Source: Octopus sinensis
Taxonomy: Eukaryota
Assembly: GCF_006345805.1 (NCBI RefSeq)
Contig: NC_042999.1
Location: 135,780,001-135,844,000 of the forward strand
Direction of reading: 5' to 3'
Length of the DNA stretch: 64,000 nt
Position 1 is the first letter of the stretch. Every line of letters begins with the position of its first letter. Shown one piece after another: positions 63,672-64,000 of this stretch. The position numbers and the translations under genes are program-made. The notes under the pieces are model-generated. The model saw only the letters and a list, made by a program, of their open reading frames with translations. It made no database searches and was not told the DNA's origin.

Positions 63672-64000
63672 GGCGCAGGAGTGGCTGTGTGGTAAGTAGC
63701 TTGCTAACCAACTACATGGTTCCGGGTTCAGTCCCACTGCGTGGCATCTTGGGCAAGTGTCTTCTGCTATAGCCCCAGGCCGACCAATGCCTTGTGAGTG
63801 GATTTGGTAGACGGAAACTGAAAGAAGCCTGTCGTATATATGTATATATATATGTGTGTGTGTGTGTGTTTGTGTTTGTCCCCCTAGCATTGCCTGACAA
63901 CCGATGCTGGTGTGTTTACGTCCCCGTCACTTAGCGGTTCGGCAAAAGAGACCGATAGAATAAGTACTGGGCTTACAAAGAATAAGTCCCAGGATCGATT
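63672..64000 (+). mobile_element. SINE family B, well-preserved copy, cut by the window end
   Basis: GGAGTGGCTGTGTGGTAAGTAGC..GGTTCAGTCCCACTGCGTGGC, with most CpGs retained. Confidence 0.85.

Overview
AT-rich, repeat-saturated animal genomic DNA. The SINE families and the (TA)n/(CA)n/(TACA)n load match what I recall from Octopus genomes; this is recognition, not a database result. I found no confidently supported intact host gene. The window holds five decayed mariner remnants and one Tc1 remnant, R4/Dong and RTE non-LTR retrotransposon fragments, several tRNA-headed SINE families, an RTE-tailed repeat with an expandable ~61-bp minisatellite, and three MITEs. The most notable unexplained layer is a set of type I hammerhead-ribozyme (HHR) motifs in mostly unrelated sequence contexts. 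Five have a complete core (33.3, 34.2, twice at 44.4-44.6, 51.8 kb), one has a complete core with weak stem I (53.9 kb), and several are degenerate. They often sit in (TA)n tracts, long palindromes or a rod-like foldback, which fits Penelope-like pseudo-LTRs or retrozyme-like non-autonomous elements. All pairings were read by eye. Boundaries are approximate unless a TSD, TIR or motif is quoted.
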